From an uncultured Chloroflexia bacterium (GTDB taxonomy: Bacteria; Chloroflexota; Limnocylindria; Limnocylindrales; CSP1-4): 64,000 bases of DNA. Positions 37,276 to 47,152 of this stretch are shown one piece after another. The DNA lies in assembly GCA_963772565.1 (NCBI GenBank), contig CAVYXU010000015.1, forward strand, positions 4,306 through 68,305, given 5' to 3'. The notes beneath the pieces are model-generated. The model did no database searches. It had not been told where the DNA came from and worked only from the letters and a program-made list of their open reading frames with translations. How positions within the stretch are numbered: the stretch's first letter is position 1; every line of letters begins with the position of its first letter. The translations under genes and the position numbers were made by a program.

Positions 37276-39039
37276 ATGCCAGACCTCGACCACGCGCTTG
37301 CCGCGCTCGACGACAGATTCCGCCGCCTCCGCGATGAGGCGCACATCCCCGGCGTGGCCTGGGGGGTCGTCGCCGGCGGCGCGCTGGTCCACACCGGCGG
37401 TGCCGGGACGATTCGCGACGGCGAGGATCAGCGTCCCGATGCGGACTCCGTGTACCGGATCGCATCGATGACGAAGAGCTTCACGGCCGCGACGCTGATC
37501 CTGCTGCGCGACGAGGGTCGCCTCGGGCTCGACGTGCCGGTGGCCAGGTACGTGCCGGAGCTCGCCGGCTGGCGGCCCACGACGGCGGACAGCCCGCCGA
37601 TCACCGTTCGGCAACTGATGACGATGTCGGGCGGCCTGCCCACCGACGATCCGTGGGGCGACCGGCAGCAGGGCCTCGACCTCGGTCGGTTCGCCGCGCT
37701 GCTCGCCGCCGGACCGTCCTTTGCATGGCCCCCAGGCGTCACCTTCGAGTACAGCAACCTGGGCTACGGAATCCTCGGGCGCGTGATCACCAACGTCGCC
37801 GGCCGCGAGTATCGCGAGATGGTCCGCGACCGGCTGCTGGTACCGCTGGGGATGACCTCGACGGCGTACCTCGATACGGACGTCGCACAGGCCGACCTTG
37901 CGCACGGCTACGTCCGTCGGGACGAGGCGTACGTGCGCGAGGGCACGGACGGGTACGGCGCGCTGGCGTCGATGGGCGGCGTGTTCTCGACGGTGCGCGA
38001 CCTGTCGCGCTGGGTGCTCGAGTTCCTGGACGCGTTTCCGGCGCGCGACGACCCGGAAGGCGATCACCCGCTGCGACGATCGTCGCGACGCGAGATGCAG
38101 CAGGTGCAGCGCGCCATCGGCCCGATGGTGCTTGCGCACGCGCCGGACGCCGAGCCATCGTTCACCGCTGGCGGCTACGGCTTCGGGCTGTTCGTTGGCC
38201 AGGACCCGGAGCTGGGCTCGATCATCAGCCACGCCGGCGGCTACCCGGGCTTCGGCACCCACATGGCCTGGCACCCGGCGACGGGGCTGGGTGTGATCGG
38301 GCTGGGCAACCTGCGTTACGCACCGGTCAGGCCCGTGGTCAAGGAGGTCCTCGAGGACCTGGTTCGCGCGAAGGTTGCACCCCGCCGCCGCATCATCGTC
38401 ATGCCTGCAGTCGACCGGTTTCGCCCGGTGGCGGAGCAGCTCATCAATGTCTGGGACGATGCGCTCGCGGATACGTCGTTCGCCGGCAACATGGACCTCG
38501 ACGAGCCCCGTGAGATCCGCCGGGCGTCGGTCGCGAAGGTCCGTGAACAGCTGGGTCCGTTCCGGCGTGACGAGACGCGGCCCACGACCTCGGACTCACC
38601 GGCCGATGTGGCCTGGTGGCTGCGCGGAGCCAACGGCTGGTTGCGTGTGTCGATCCTCGTGAGCCCGGAGCCGACCCCGCGCCTGCAGCGACTCGCACTG
38701 CGTCCGGTCGGGGACCCGTCGGCCGAGATTCGTTCGCTGGCCGAACGGGTCGTTGCCCTGACCGGCGCCCAGGACCCCGCCTGGCCGGCAGACCTTCCGC
38801 TGGGCGAGGGGCAGGATCGCGAGGCCCTGGAGCGAGCGGTGCGTGCTGCCGGCCCACGGTTGGGCGTGCTGCGCCTGAGTGACCCGATCGACGGCGACGG
38901 CCGCACGACCAGCACGTTCGAGCTCCACGGCGAGCGCGGCATGGCCGAGCTCAAGCTCACTCTGGAACCCGGCACGGCCGCGCTGTCGACCGTCTCGCTC
39001 CAGCTGCCCCAGCGGAACCCGTTGCCCGAGGCCTGGTAG
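37276..39039 (+). CDS. Beta-lactamase-family serine hydrolase with a C-terminal extension.
   Basis: The SxxK motif is in YRIASMTKSF. The YSN element is in TFEYSNLGY, and a G-x-G stretch is in SHAGGYPGFGTH. The ATG is at 37276, only 6 nt from the annotated sigma start codon. Confidence 0.85.
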   Translation: MPDLDHALAALDDRFRRLRDEAHIPGVAWGVVAGGALVHTGGAGTIRDGEDQRPDADSVYRIASMTKSFTAATLILLRDEGRLGLDVPVARYVPELAGWRPTTADSPPITVRQLMTMSGGLPTDDPWGDRQQGLDLGRFAALLAAGPSFAWPPGVTFEYSNLGYGILGRVITNVAGREYREMVRDRLLVPLGMTSTAYLDTDVAQADLAHGYVRRDEAYVREGTDGYGALASMGGVFSTVRDLSRWVLEFLDAFPARDDPEGDHPLRRSSRREMQQVQRAIGPMVLAHAPDAEPSFTAGGYGFGLFVGQDPELGSIISHAGGYPGFGTHMAWHPATGLGVIGLGNLRYAPVRPVVKEVLEDLVRAKVAPRRRIIVMPAVDRFRPVAEQLINVWDDALADTSFAGNMDLDEPREIRRASVAKVREQLGPFRRDETRPTTSDSPADVAWWLRGANGWLRVSILVSPEPTPRLQRLALRPVGDPSAEIRSLAERVVALTGAQDPAWPADLPLGEGQDREALERAVRAAGPRLGVLRLSDPIDGDGRTTSTFELHGERGMAELKLTLEPGTAALSTVSLQLPQRNPLPEAW

Positions 39040-39050
39040 CGCGGCGCGGG

Positions 39051-39992
39051 TCAGGCTTCGGGCGTGCCCGGCGGCAGGTCGAACAGCGACGGGTCGGCCT
39101 GATGAGCGCGAAGGAGCGTGAAGATGAAGCCCATCCGCTCCCGGTAGGACTCCCAGTCAGGCGCATCGCTCTCGGCGGCGGAGTCCATGTCCTGGCCGAA
39201 CCTGGCCGCCAGGGCGATGGCGTCGGGGTCGCCGAGCCGGACGAGCTCCGGTGGGAACATCGCGCCGCCAAGGTACGCGGGCGCCGGGATGTCCCGGTTG
39301 AGCTCGAGCGTTCCTTCGGGGATCCGGATGCCGAGGTGGCTGGTGGCCGCGATCGCCGTGATCCAGCGGCCCGGGATCGCCTTCCGCACGAACGGATCCG
39401 CCACCAGCTGCTCGTGAGCGCCCACCGAGACGTTCGCGACGAGGATCCGTTGTGCGCGCCTGACAGAGCTTGCTCGGTCGTCCGCGCGCCGCAGGAGCAT
39501 CGAGTCCACGTACGCCGTGAACGCCCTTGCCAGGTCCTCGCTGGCCGCAACCTGAGGATCGGCGAGCACGGTGTCAAGTCCGCGCCTCGCGGCGCCATCG
39601 TCGACGAGCACGGCGCGGAACCCGGCAAACGCGCGGACGAAGCGGATGAACGGCGGGGCGACGTCCCCGAAGATCGTCGCATTGCCGGCCGCGACGGCCT
39701 CCGCGACCTCGGCACCGAAGAACGGCCGGAGGGCAGCGGGCACGGCCTCGCCATCGATCGAACGGCGCGCCTCGGCGCTCGCCCACTGGCCGTAGGTCAG
39801 CCAGTTCGCCTGGTCGCGGCCGATGATCGCGGCCACCGCCTCTGACAGCGCGTGGTAGCCGCGCGTGATCGCGGCGTTACGGACGAGGGGGTCCGCGATC
39901 CGGACGACTCGCGCGATCAGCCCCAGGTCGAGGTACGGAGTCCCGAGAGGATCGGGCGTGGCGCTGGTCACGTCTCGGGCCGTCAGGTCCAA
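39051..39992 (-). CDS. Hypothetical protein.
   Basis: A 313-aa ORF of non-repetitive composition. No motif is recognised. Confidence 0.55.
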   Translation of the reverse strand: MDLTARDVTSATPDPLGTPYLDLGLIARVVRIADPLVRNAAITRGYHALSEAVAAIIGRDQANWLTYGQWASAEARRSIDGEAVPAALRPFFGAEVAEAVAAGNATIFGDVAPPFIRFVRAFAGFRAVLVDDGAARRGLDTVLADPQVAASEDLARAFTAYVDSMLLRRADDRASSVRRAQRILVANVSVGAHEQLVADPFVRKAIPGRWITAIAATSHLGIRIPEGTLELNRDIPAPAYLGGAMFPPELVRLGDPDAIALAARFGQDMDSAAESDAPDWESYRERMGFIFTLLRAHQADPSLFDLPPGTPEA

Positions 39993-40597
39993 AGGTCCGG
40001 GGCCCGCACCGACGCCCCGATGGCCGCTGCCAGGCGTTCGACAACCGAGAACCAGTCGAACCGGCTGGTGACCTCGGACGCCCGGAGCGTCACGAGCCGG
40101 GCGGGCGCGACCAGCGTCGGCAGCACCGTGTCCAGGATTGCCTCCACCTCGTCCCGGAATGCGTCGCTGGTCGACCGCACGCCGTCGGCCTGGAGCGCGA
40201 CGTCCGGCAGCAGGCGCACGACCAGGTCGTAGGTCTCGGACCAGCGCCGGACCAGCGGCTCGACGTGGAACTCGTCACCGCCGCCGCAGGCACGCAGGTA
40301 GTACGCGTAGTTGTCCATCACGCCGCGATCCGTAGCCAGGATGTCGGCCTTGCGCGTCAGCTCCAGCTCCTGGCGGATCTGCGACACGAGGACCCACAGC
40401 TGCGCCTCGCCGGTGGCGCCTTCGTTGATCCCCAGCGGGTTGTCGCGCACGACCTCGCGACCCAGCTCGACGGAGCGTCCCGCGCGCTGGACCTCCGCCG
40501 CGAAGGCCAGCAGCGCGGACGTCTTGCGGATCCCATGAGAGCCGATGAACGCGATCTTTGCGGGGCGGGGCCAGGCGGGGGGTCGTCGTCGGGGCAT
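39983..40597 (-). CDS. P-loop NTPase (AAA-domain / NadR-like kinase family).
   Basis: The Walker A is IAFIGSHGIRKTSA and the Walker B-like stretch is LATDRG. Confidence 0.6.
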   Translation of the reverse strand: MPRRRPPAWPRPAKIAFIGSHGIRKTSALLAFAAEVQRAGRSVELGREVVRDNPLGINEGATGEAQLWVLVSQIRQELELTRKADILATDRGVMDNYAYYLRACGGGDEFHVEPLVRRWSETYDLVVRLLPDVALQADGVRSTSDAFRDEVEAILDTVLPTLVAPARLVTLRASEVTSRFDWFSVVERLAAAIGASVRAPDLWT

Positions 40598-40675
40598 CGC
40601 CTACAGGGTATGGCCGCGCGGCGCCCGGCGCCGGCCCATGGGGCGGGGCGCCCCCGGACCGGTGCGGCCGGGGGC

Positions 40676-41867
40676 TCAGCCCGGGATCTGGCCGAGGGTG
40701 ACCTGCACGGTCACCTGGCTGCCGGCCGACTTCATCACCACCACGGGCACCGTCTGCCCCGGCTCGAGGCCCGCGAGCACCACCGACAGGGTATTGCTGT
40801 CCGGCGTCGGCTTGGAATCGATGCTCACGATCAGCTCGCCCGTCTGGATGCCGGCCACGGCGGCCGGCCCGCCGGCGTCGATGCCGTAGACCAGGACGCC
40901 CTGAGCTCCCATCACGTTCGCGGCGCGGATCCCGAGGTAGGCACGATGCGAGCTGGTCACCTTGCCCGAGGCGATCAGCTGTCCCGCGAAGTCCTTCGCG
41001 TCGTTGCTCGGGATCGCGAACCCGATGCCCGGCGCCGACCCTCCGATCTGCTGATCCACGGCGGCGAGTGTCGGGATCCCGACGACATCGCCGTGGATGT
41101 CGACCAGCGCCCCCCCGCTGTTGCCGGGGTTGATCGCAGCGCTGGTCTGAATCGTGCCGGGCAGGGTCACGCCACCGGGCTCGGTCACGGTACGGCCGAG
41201 CGCGCTGACGATGCCCTGGGTGACGCTGGTCTGGAGGCCGAGCGGGTTGCCGACCGCCATCACGATCTGGCCGACCCGGAGCATCGCCGAAATCGGCGAA
41301 CGTCGCCGGCTGCAGACCGGTCGCGTGGATCGACAGCACGGCGATGTCATTCGCCGCGAAGGTGCCGACGAGCGTCCCGGTGAACTGGCGGCCGTCGGCG
41401 AGGGTGACGTTGAAGGTGCTGGCTCCGCCGACCACGTGTGCGTTGGTCACGATGTCGCCGTTGGCGTCGAGCACGATCCCCGATCCGAGGCCGAGCGGCG
41501 TCTGGATCACGACGACGGAGGGGGAGACCCGCTGCACGACAGACTCGTAGTCCTGCTGCAGCTGCGCGAGGGCGTTGCCGTCGCCCGGCAGACCCGACGT
41601 GGAGCCCACACCCGGTGTCGCGCTCGGTGCGGCGGGGACGCTCGTGGGAGCGGACCCTGGCGTGGAGACGGCAGCGGAGGCCGGGGCCGTCGTCGAGGCC
41701 GGGGCCGACCCGCAGGCCGCGACGATCAGCAGGGTTGCCGCCAGCCAGCCAAGCAGCCTGCGGGGCGGCCGAGCGCCCGCAGGGCGATGTGGTGTCGAGG
41801 ACGTGGGGACGCGCGCGCGGCCGCGACGCGTCGGCAGGGTCATGGTCTGCATCTGCACTCCGATCAC
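40676..41867 (-). pseudogene. htrA: HtrA/DegP-type trypsin-like serine protease with PDZ domain, interrupted by a single frameshift near 41285.
   Basis: The N-terminal half (signal anchor, then [29 protein letters not shown] with His, and the Asp region NDIAVLSI) is in one frame to ..ATFADF. The remainder is in another frame: [28 protein letters not shown] with Ser, and the PDZ domain. Confidence 0.7.
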
Positions 41868-42349
41868 GCGGGTCGCTCCGACGGAGACGCCTGCGGCCGC
41901 GTGCGTTGCGGCCGGTCGCCTGCGGCGCGCTCCCCGCGGCTGCTCGCCACCCGTCCGAGACCTCCGGCCTCGACCGGCGGATGGCTGCTCGTGTCACTTC
42001 ACACCGTGACCGTAGCCGATCCATCTTCGTGCTCTCTGAGAACGGCAACGCTCCGGGTTGCGACGCCCTCGGCCACGTCGGTTCGCATCGCGCCCCGTGA
42101 TCCCGCCCCGATCCGCGCCACGCCCGCAAACGGTCGATCAGGACCCAGCCGACTGCTTGTCGCTGTCTCGGCCCGTATGAGACGCGATCCCGGGTCACCC
42201 AGTCGCTTGGGTCCTGCCTGGCGCTGAAGCGCCGCCGACCTCACGACGAGCTGGTGCCGAAGATGCGCCCGAGTGCTCAATGACAGAGAATCCGGCGGCG
42301 CCCCAACCCCGCGCTGCCACGACACTCGCCGCACGGCTGGGAATCGAAC

Positions 42350-42373
42350 GGCCCCGGCGTCGCCGCCGGGGCC
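42350..42373 (-). terminator. Hairpin (10-bp perfect stem, 4-nt loop) about 30 nt downstream of pntB.
   Basis: ggccccggcg-tcgc-cgccggggcc. The run of U on the transcript is weak. Confidence 0.4.
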
Positions 42374-42399
42374 GTCACGCAATGCGCGGGACCGCGCCT

Positions 42400-43821
42400 C
42401 TAGAGCTCCTTCACCGCCGCGATCAGATCCGACAGCCCCTGCTTCGCATCGGCGAACAGCATCCCCGTCTTGGGGTTGCTGTACAGCTCGTTGTCGATGC
42501 CGGCGTAGCCGCGGCCCATCGAGCGCTTGATCACGATGATGTTCTTGGCGTGGTCGACGTCCAGGATCGGCATCCCGGAGACCGGCGAGCCGGGCCGGCG
42601 GGCGGCCGGGTTCGTCACGTCGTTGGCGCCGATGACGAGGGCGACATCGCACCGGTCGAACTCCGGGTTGATGTCCTCCATCTCCTTGAGCTGCGGATAC
42701 GGGACGTTCGCCTCGGCGAGGAGGACGTTCATGTGCCCCGGCATCCGGCCCGCGACCGGGTGGATCGCGTACTTCACGTCGACGCCCCGAGCCTCGAGCA
42801 GCTCGCCCAGCTCGCGGCACGCGTGCTGGGCCTGGGCCACCGCGAGACCGTAGCCCGGGACCACGATGACCGACGACGCATACGCCAGCTGGATGGCCGC
42901 GTCATCGACCCCCAGCTCGCGAACGCTGCCGCCCGCACCCGTCGCTGCGCCGACCGTGCCTTCACCGCCGCCGAAACCGCCGATCATGATGTTGAGCACG
43001 GAGCGGTTCATGGCATCGGCCATGAGCTTGGTCAGGATCGCGCCCGACGCGCCCACGAGCGCTCCGGCGATGATCAGGACCGGGTTGTTGAGCACGAAGC
43101 CGGCCATCGCCACCGCCGTGCCCGTGAACGAGTTGAGCAGGCTGATGACGACCGGCATGTCCGCGCCGCCGATCGGCAGCGTCATGGTGACGCCGAAGAT
43201 GAGCGCGGCAGCAAGGATGATGAGCATCACGGCGACGCTCAGGTTGGGAATCCACAGGAAGATCGCACCGGCAACGACGATCAGCGCGAGCGCCCCGGTC
43301 ACCAGCTGGCCACCGGGGATCATGACCGGCCGGGAGGGCGTGATCTTGAGGCCCATCAGCTTGCCCGAGGCGATCAGCGACCCCGTGAACGTGATCGAGC
43401 CGATCACGATGTCGAGCACGGTGGCGACGTTGATCTGGAGTCCGGGCGCCGCCTTCAGGCCGAGGTAGTCGTCGATCGCGATGAGCGCGGCGGCACCGCC
43501 GCCGACTGCGTTGAACAGCGACACGAGCTGGGGCATCGCGGTCATCTTCACGGTGCGCGCCGTGTACAGGCCGTAGCCGCCGCCGAGCGCGATGCCGGCG
43601 AACACGACGACCCAGCCGACCACGTTGAGGCCGCCCTCGCTGGGTCGCAGGGCCAGGTACAGAGCCGTGGCGACGATGGCCACGGCCATGCCGCCGCCGG
43701 ACATCAGGTTGCCGTTGCGCGCCGTTGCCGGCGAGTTCATCCGGATCAGCCCGATGACGAACGCGATGGCACCCACCAGCCAGGCGAGCCGGACGAGGGG
43801 TTCGAGGATGTCGAGGCTCAT
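42400..43821 (-). CDS. pntB: NAD(P) transhydrogenase subunit beta.
   Basis: A full-length PntB-like protein with TM domain and NADP(H)-binding dIII (GYGLAVAQAQH...). It overlaps the pntAB stop. Confidence 0.92.
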   Translation of the reverse strand: MSLDILEPLVRLAWLVGAIAFVIGLIRMNSPATARNGNLMSGGGMAVAIVATALYLALRPSEGGLNVVGWVVVFAGIALGGGYGLYTARTVKMTAMPQLVSLFNAVGGGAAALIAIDDYLGLKAAPGLQINVATVLDIVIGSITFTGSLIASGKLMGLKITPSRPVMIPGGQLVTGALALIVVAGAIFLWIPNLSVAVMLIILAAALIFGVTMTLPIGGADMPVVISLLNSFTGTAVAMAGFVLNNPVLIIAGALVGASGAILTKLMADAMNRSVLNIMIGGFGGGEGTVGAATGAGGSVRELGVDDAAIQLAYASSVIVVPGYGLAVAQAQHACRELGELLEARGVDVKYAIHPVAGRMPGHMNVLLAEANVPYPQLKEMEDINPEFDRCDVALVIGANDVTNPAARRPGSPVSGMPILDVDHAKNIIVIKRSMGRGYAGIDNELYSNPKTGMLFADAKQGLSDLIAAVKEL

Positions 43822-44147
43822 CGGTCAGCCTCCGCCTTCTCGGCCTTGGGCGCGACAGGCTTGCGCCGGAACATCTGGAGCATCCGGTCCGTGACCACGT
43901 AGCCGCCGACCACGTTGAGGGTTGCGAACGTGACCGCGACGAATGCGAGCAGGTACGACAGCGGGTCGTCTGCCCCCAGGGCAATGAACATCGAGCCCAC
44001 GAGGACGATGCCGTGGATCGAGTTGGCGCCCGACATCAGCGGTGTGTGAAGGGTCGCCGGAACCTTCGAGATCACCGCGAACCCGCACAGGATCGCGAGC
44101 ACGAACACCGTGAAGTTCTGGATGAGCTGTGCGACCTCGGGGCTCAT
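43818..44147 (-). CDS. pntAB: NAD(P) transhydrogenase subunit alpha, part 2 (membrane).
   Basis: A 109-aa three-TM protein. It overlaps both neighbours by 4 nt. Confidence 0.9.
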   Translation of the reverse strand: MSPEVAQLIQNFTVFVLAILCGFAVISKVPATLHTPLMSGANSIHGIVLVGSMFIALGADDPLSYLLAFVAVTFATLNVVGGYVVTDRMLQMFRRKPVAPKAEKAEADR

Positions 44148-45295
44148 GTCTTGCCTCCATCCGGAGCCAGGAGCTTCTGCACGGCCTCGGACAGCACCGC
44201 ACCGCCATGGGTGACCACGGTCGCCTTGGTCACCTCCTCCTCCAAGTCGAGGCTGAGGCTCCCGTCCTTGACCATGTTGAGCAGCAGCATCGAGATGTTC
44301 CGGGCGTAGAACTGCGACGCTCCGGTCGGCATCGAGGCCGGCAGGTTGTCGGGCGCGACGATCGTCACGCCGTTGTCGGTGGCGACGGTCTCGCCCGCCT
44401 TCGACAGCTCACAATTGCCACCCAGCGCCGATGCCGCCATATCGACGATCACCGAGCCCGGGCGCATCGCCTTGACCGCGTCCGCCGTGACCAGGACCGG
44501 CGGCTTGCGCCCCGGAACCTGAGCCGTCGTGATCACCACATCCTGGCCGGCGATGATCTCGTTGAGCTCCACCTGCTGGGCTCCACGTTCCTCGGCCGTC
44601 AGCTCTCGAGCGTAGCCGCCCGCACCGGTCGCGTCGATGGAGGTCTTCAGGCGCACGAACTTCGCGCCCAGTGACTCGGCCTGCTCGGCGGTCTCGGGCC
44701 GCACGTCGTAGGCGGACACCACCGCGCCCAGCCGGCGAGCGGTGCCGATGGCCTGGAGGCCGGCCACGCCGATCCCGAGGATCAGCACGTTGGCGGGCTT
44801 GGCCGTGCCGGCGGCGGTGGTGAGCAACGGGAAGTAGCGCCCGTACGTCGTCGCGGCGATGAGCACGGCCTTGTAGCCGCCCACGTTCGCCTGCGACGAC
44901 AGGGCATCCATCGTCTGGGCCCGCGACAGGGTACGAGGAATGGCGTCCAGGCTGATCGCCGTCACATCGGCCTTGGCCAGCGTCTGCATCAGGGACGGGT
45001 CGAGGAGCGGCTGGAGGAGGCCGATGACGGCCTGCCCGCCGCGCAGCTTCTTGGCCTCACCCTTGTCCGGCTTCTGGACGCGGAGGATGACGTCGCAGGC
45101 CTTGTACAGCTCGTCGGTCTTCACGACCGTCGCCCCGGCGTCCACGTACGCCTGGTCTGGGATCGTGGCACCGGCGCCTGCGCCTGCCTCGACAAGGATC
45201 TCGAGCCCGGCCGCCGTGAGCTTGCCGAGCGCTTCGGGCACCAGTGCGACGCGCCGTTCGCCGGCCGCAGTCTCCCTGGCGACGCCGACTTTCAT
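44144..45295 (-). CDS. pntAA: NAD(P) transhydrogenase subunit alpha, part 1 (AlaDH/PNT dI NAD(H)-binding).
   Basis: MKVGVARETAAGERRVALVPE... with the Rossmann motif VLILGIGVAGLQAIGTARRLGA. Confidence 0.92.
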   Translation of the reverse strand: MKVGVARETAAGERRVALVPEALGKLTAAGLEILVEAGAGAGATIPDQAYVDAGATVVKTDELYKACDVILRVQKPDKGEAKKLRGGQAVIGLLQPLLDPSLMQTLAKADVTAISLDAIPRTLSRAQTMDALSSQANVGGYKAVLIAATTYGRYFPLLTTAAGTAKPANVLILGIGVAGLQAIGTARRLGAVVSAYDVRPETAEQAESLGAKFVRLKTSIDATGAGGYARELTAEERGAQQVELNEIIAGQDVVITTAQVPGRKPPVLVTADAVKAMRPGSVIVDMAASALGGNCELSKAGETVATDNGVTIVAPDNLPASMPTGASQFYARNISMLLLNMVKDGSLSLDLEEEVTKATVVTHGGAVLSEAVQKLLAPDGGKT

Positions 45296-45414
45296 GGGGC
45301 ATCACCGTCCATCTGGACACAGTTGGTTGGACCCGACCAGTCTACCGGAGCGGGCTGGTGGCGGGATGTTGCGGCCCGGTGGCGGCGGTGGTGGCGGAAT
45401 GGTGACAGCCCGGG

Positions 45415-47130
45415 TCAGATGAGGTCGTCGTCCTCGTAGCGAGGCAGCGAGACCGTGAAGGCCGCCCCACCGGTCGGCCGTCGTTCGGCCCGGATGCGGC
45501 CGCCCATGGCCTGGACCAGCTGGCGGCACACGAACAGCCCGATCCCGGCCCCGGCCACGCTGGTCGCCACGGTCGGGGATCGGAAGAACAGGTCGAACAG
45601 CTGATCGGCCTCGGACGCCTCGATCCCGGGTCCCTCATCCAGCACGCGCATGCGCACGTGGTCATCGTCGGCCTCCGCGGTCACCGTCACCGTGGAGCCG
45701 ACACCCCCGTACTTGGCCGCGTTTCCGAGCAGGTTCCGGAGCACCTGCTCCGCGTACGTGTCCTCGCCCCTGACCGACGGCAGGTCCGGGGGCACCTCGG
45801 TCCTGAACTGGATGCCCGGCCAGCGCGGCTGCTCGGAGCTCACCACCCGCTCGAGGAGCCGTCCGAGATGGACCGGCTCATCGCCAACATCGAGCGATCC
45901 CCGCTCGACCTTGGTCAGCACGAGCAGGTCCTCGACCAGCCGGTACAGGCGATCGGCCTCCTCGACGACGTCCTTGAGGATGTCATCGCGTGCGTCGGGC
46001 TCCATGTCCCGCCAACGGCGCGCCAGGACACGGGTCCCGCCGAAGATCGTGGTGATCGGCGTCCGCAGCTCGTGCGAGACGACGCCGATGAACGCATCCC
46101 GGAGGTGAGCAGCGTCTCGCTCGGCCTGGATGAGCCGGTCCCGCTCGAGCTCGGCAAGCATGCGATCCGTGATGTCAAGCGACGTGCCCAGCATCCTCGA
46201 GGGCCTGCCGGCGGTGTCCGGGAACACCCGCCCGGTGCCCTCCGTCCAGCGGGCGGAGCCATCGGGGCGGATGATCCTGTACGTCTCGCCGTATGCGCGT
46301 AGCTCGCGAGCGCTCGCCATGATCGCCGTCCGCACCCGGTCGCGATCGTCCTCGTGGACGAGTGCCAGGTAGGCCTCGAGGTTGGCGGGGACCTCGCCCA
46401 GCGGGAGCCCGTGGAGCGCGTGGACCTCGGGTGACCAGGTCAGCCGGTCGTCCGTCAGGCTCCACTCCCAGGTTCCGATGTTCGATGCCTCGAGGGCGAA
46501 CCGGAGACGCTCGTCCCGCTCGCGCAACGCCGCAAACAGCCGCGCCCGCTCGAGCGACTGCGAGCCTTGCGCGGCGAGGGCCCCGAGAAACCAGCGCTCG
46601 TCATCGTCCAGCTCCCTGACCGTGTCGAACGCAACTCCCAGTGCCCCGATCACCCGGCCCTCGATCGTGAGCGGGACGGCGGCCGAGGCCTCCGTGCCGG
46701 ACGTTGCGCCGCCGCGGGCCCGGATCGCCGGGAACGCCTCGCTCCGTGCATCCGCCGAAGCAAGGACGATCCAGCTCCCCGTCCGGATCGCCTCGGTCAT
46801 CGGCGTCTCGATGTCGAGCGACAGGTGGGACCACGGCCCGATGACCTCGGGCGGGTAGCCGGCGCTGCGGATGATCTCGGCATCTCTACCGGCCGGGGTG
46901 ACGACGGCGACCCAGCCTTTCGGCGCCCCGAGCGCCCCGAGTGCGGCGTCGAGGATCCGCGTTGCCACGGCGCTCGGGTCGGCGGCCTGCGACAGCGCGG
47001 CCGTGACCGCCTGCAGCCACTCGCGCTGCTCGACGATGCGCTGGGCCGCGGTCCGGGCACGCGACTTCGGCCCCGTGCGAGGAGCGGGGCGTGCGGCTGC
47101 GCGACGGTTCGGTGATCGGGTGGAGCTCAC
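45415..47130 (-). CDS. Sensor histidine kinase with GAF and PAS domains (HisKA plus HATPase_c).
   Basis: The PAS segment is ASNIGTWEWSLTDDRLTWSPEVHALHGL. The H-box is VVSHELRTPITTI. N, G1 and G2 boxes are present (NLLGNAAKYG, LDEGPGI, GAGIGL). The start is uncertain: GTG 47130, GTG 47193 and ATG 47223 are all possible. Confidence 0.8.
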   Translation of the reverse strand: MSSTRSPNRRAAARPAPRTGPKSRARTAAQRIVEQREWLQAVTAALSQAADPSAVATRILDAALGALGAPKGWVAVVTPAGRDAEIIRSAGYPPEVIGPWSHLSLDIETPMTEAIRTGSWIVLASADARSEAFPAIRARGGATSGTEASAAVPLTIEGRVIGALGVAFDTVRELDDDERWFLGALAAQGSQSLERARLFAALRERDERLRFALEASNIGTWEWSLTDDRLTWSPEVHALHGLPLGEVPANLEAYLALVHEDDRDRVRTAIMASARELRAYGETYRIIRPDGSARWTEGTGRVFPDTAGRPSRMLGTSLDITDRMLAELERDRLIQAERDAAHLRDAFIGVVSHELRTPITTIFGGTRVLARRWRDMEPDARDDILKDVVEEADRLYRLVEDLLVLTKVERGSLDVGDEPVHLGRLLERVVSSEQPRWPGIQFRTEVPPDLPSVRGEDTYAEQVLRNLLGNAAKYGGVGSTVTVTAEADDDHVRMRVLDEGPGIEASEADQLFDLFFRSPTVATSVAGAGIGLFVCRQLVQAMGGRIRAERRPTGGAAFTVSLPRYEDDDLI

Positions 47131-47152
47131 GCCACGGGAGTATGCGACGCGC

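Noticed and set aside
36358-38274. Very long ORFs: 36358-39039 on the plus strand (893 aa) and 36631-38274 on the minus strand (547 aa).
   Set aside because: Only the 3' 588 aa of the plus ORF (from ATG 37276) and the 3' 212 aa of the minus ORF (to 37269) carry the hydrolase and sigma signatures respectively. The remainders are mutual antisense read-through.
40275-41867. A 530-aa minus-strand ORF.
   Set aside because: The first 195 aa or so are real HtrA. The rest is out-of-frame read-through after the frameshift, running antisense through the P-loop gene region. I replaced it with the frameshifted htrA model 40676-41867.
41347-42198. A 283-aa ORF (minus strand) and several 140-360-aa ORFs across the htrA/pntB intergenic and coding area.
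   Set aside because: They are extreme Arg/Pro/Ala-rich with no hydrophobic core. They lie antisense to, or out of frame with, htrA, which is typical of spurious ORFs in 72% GC DNA.
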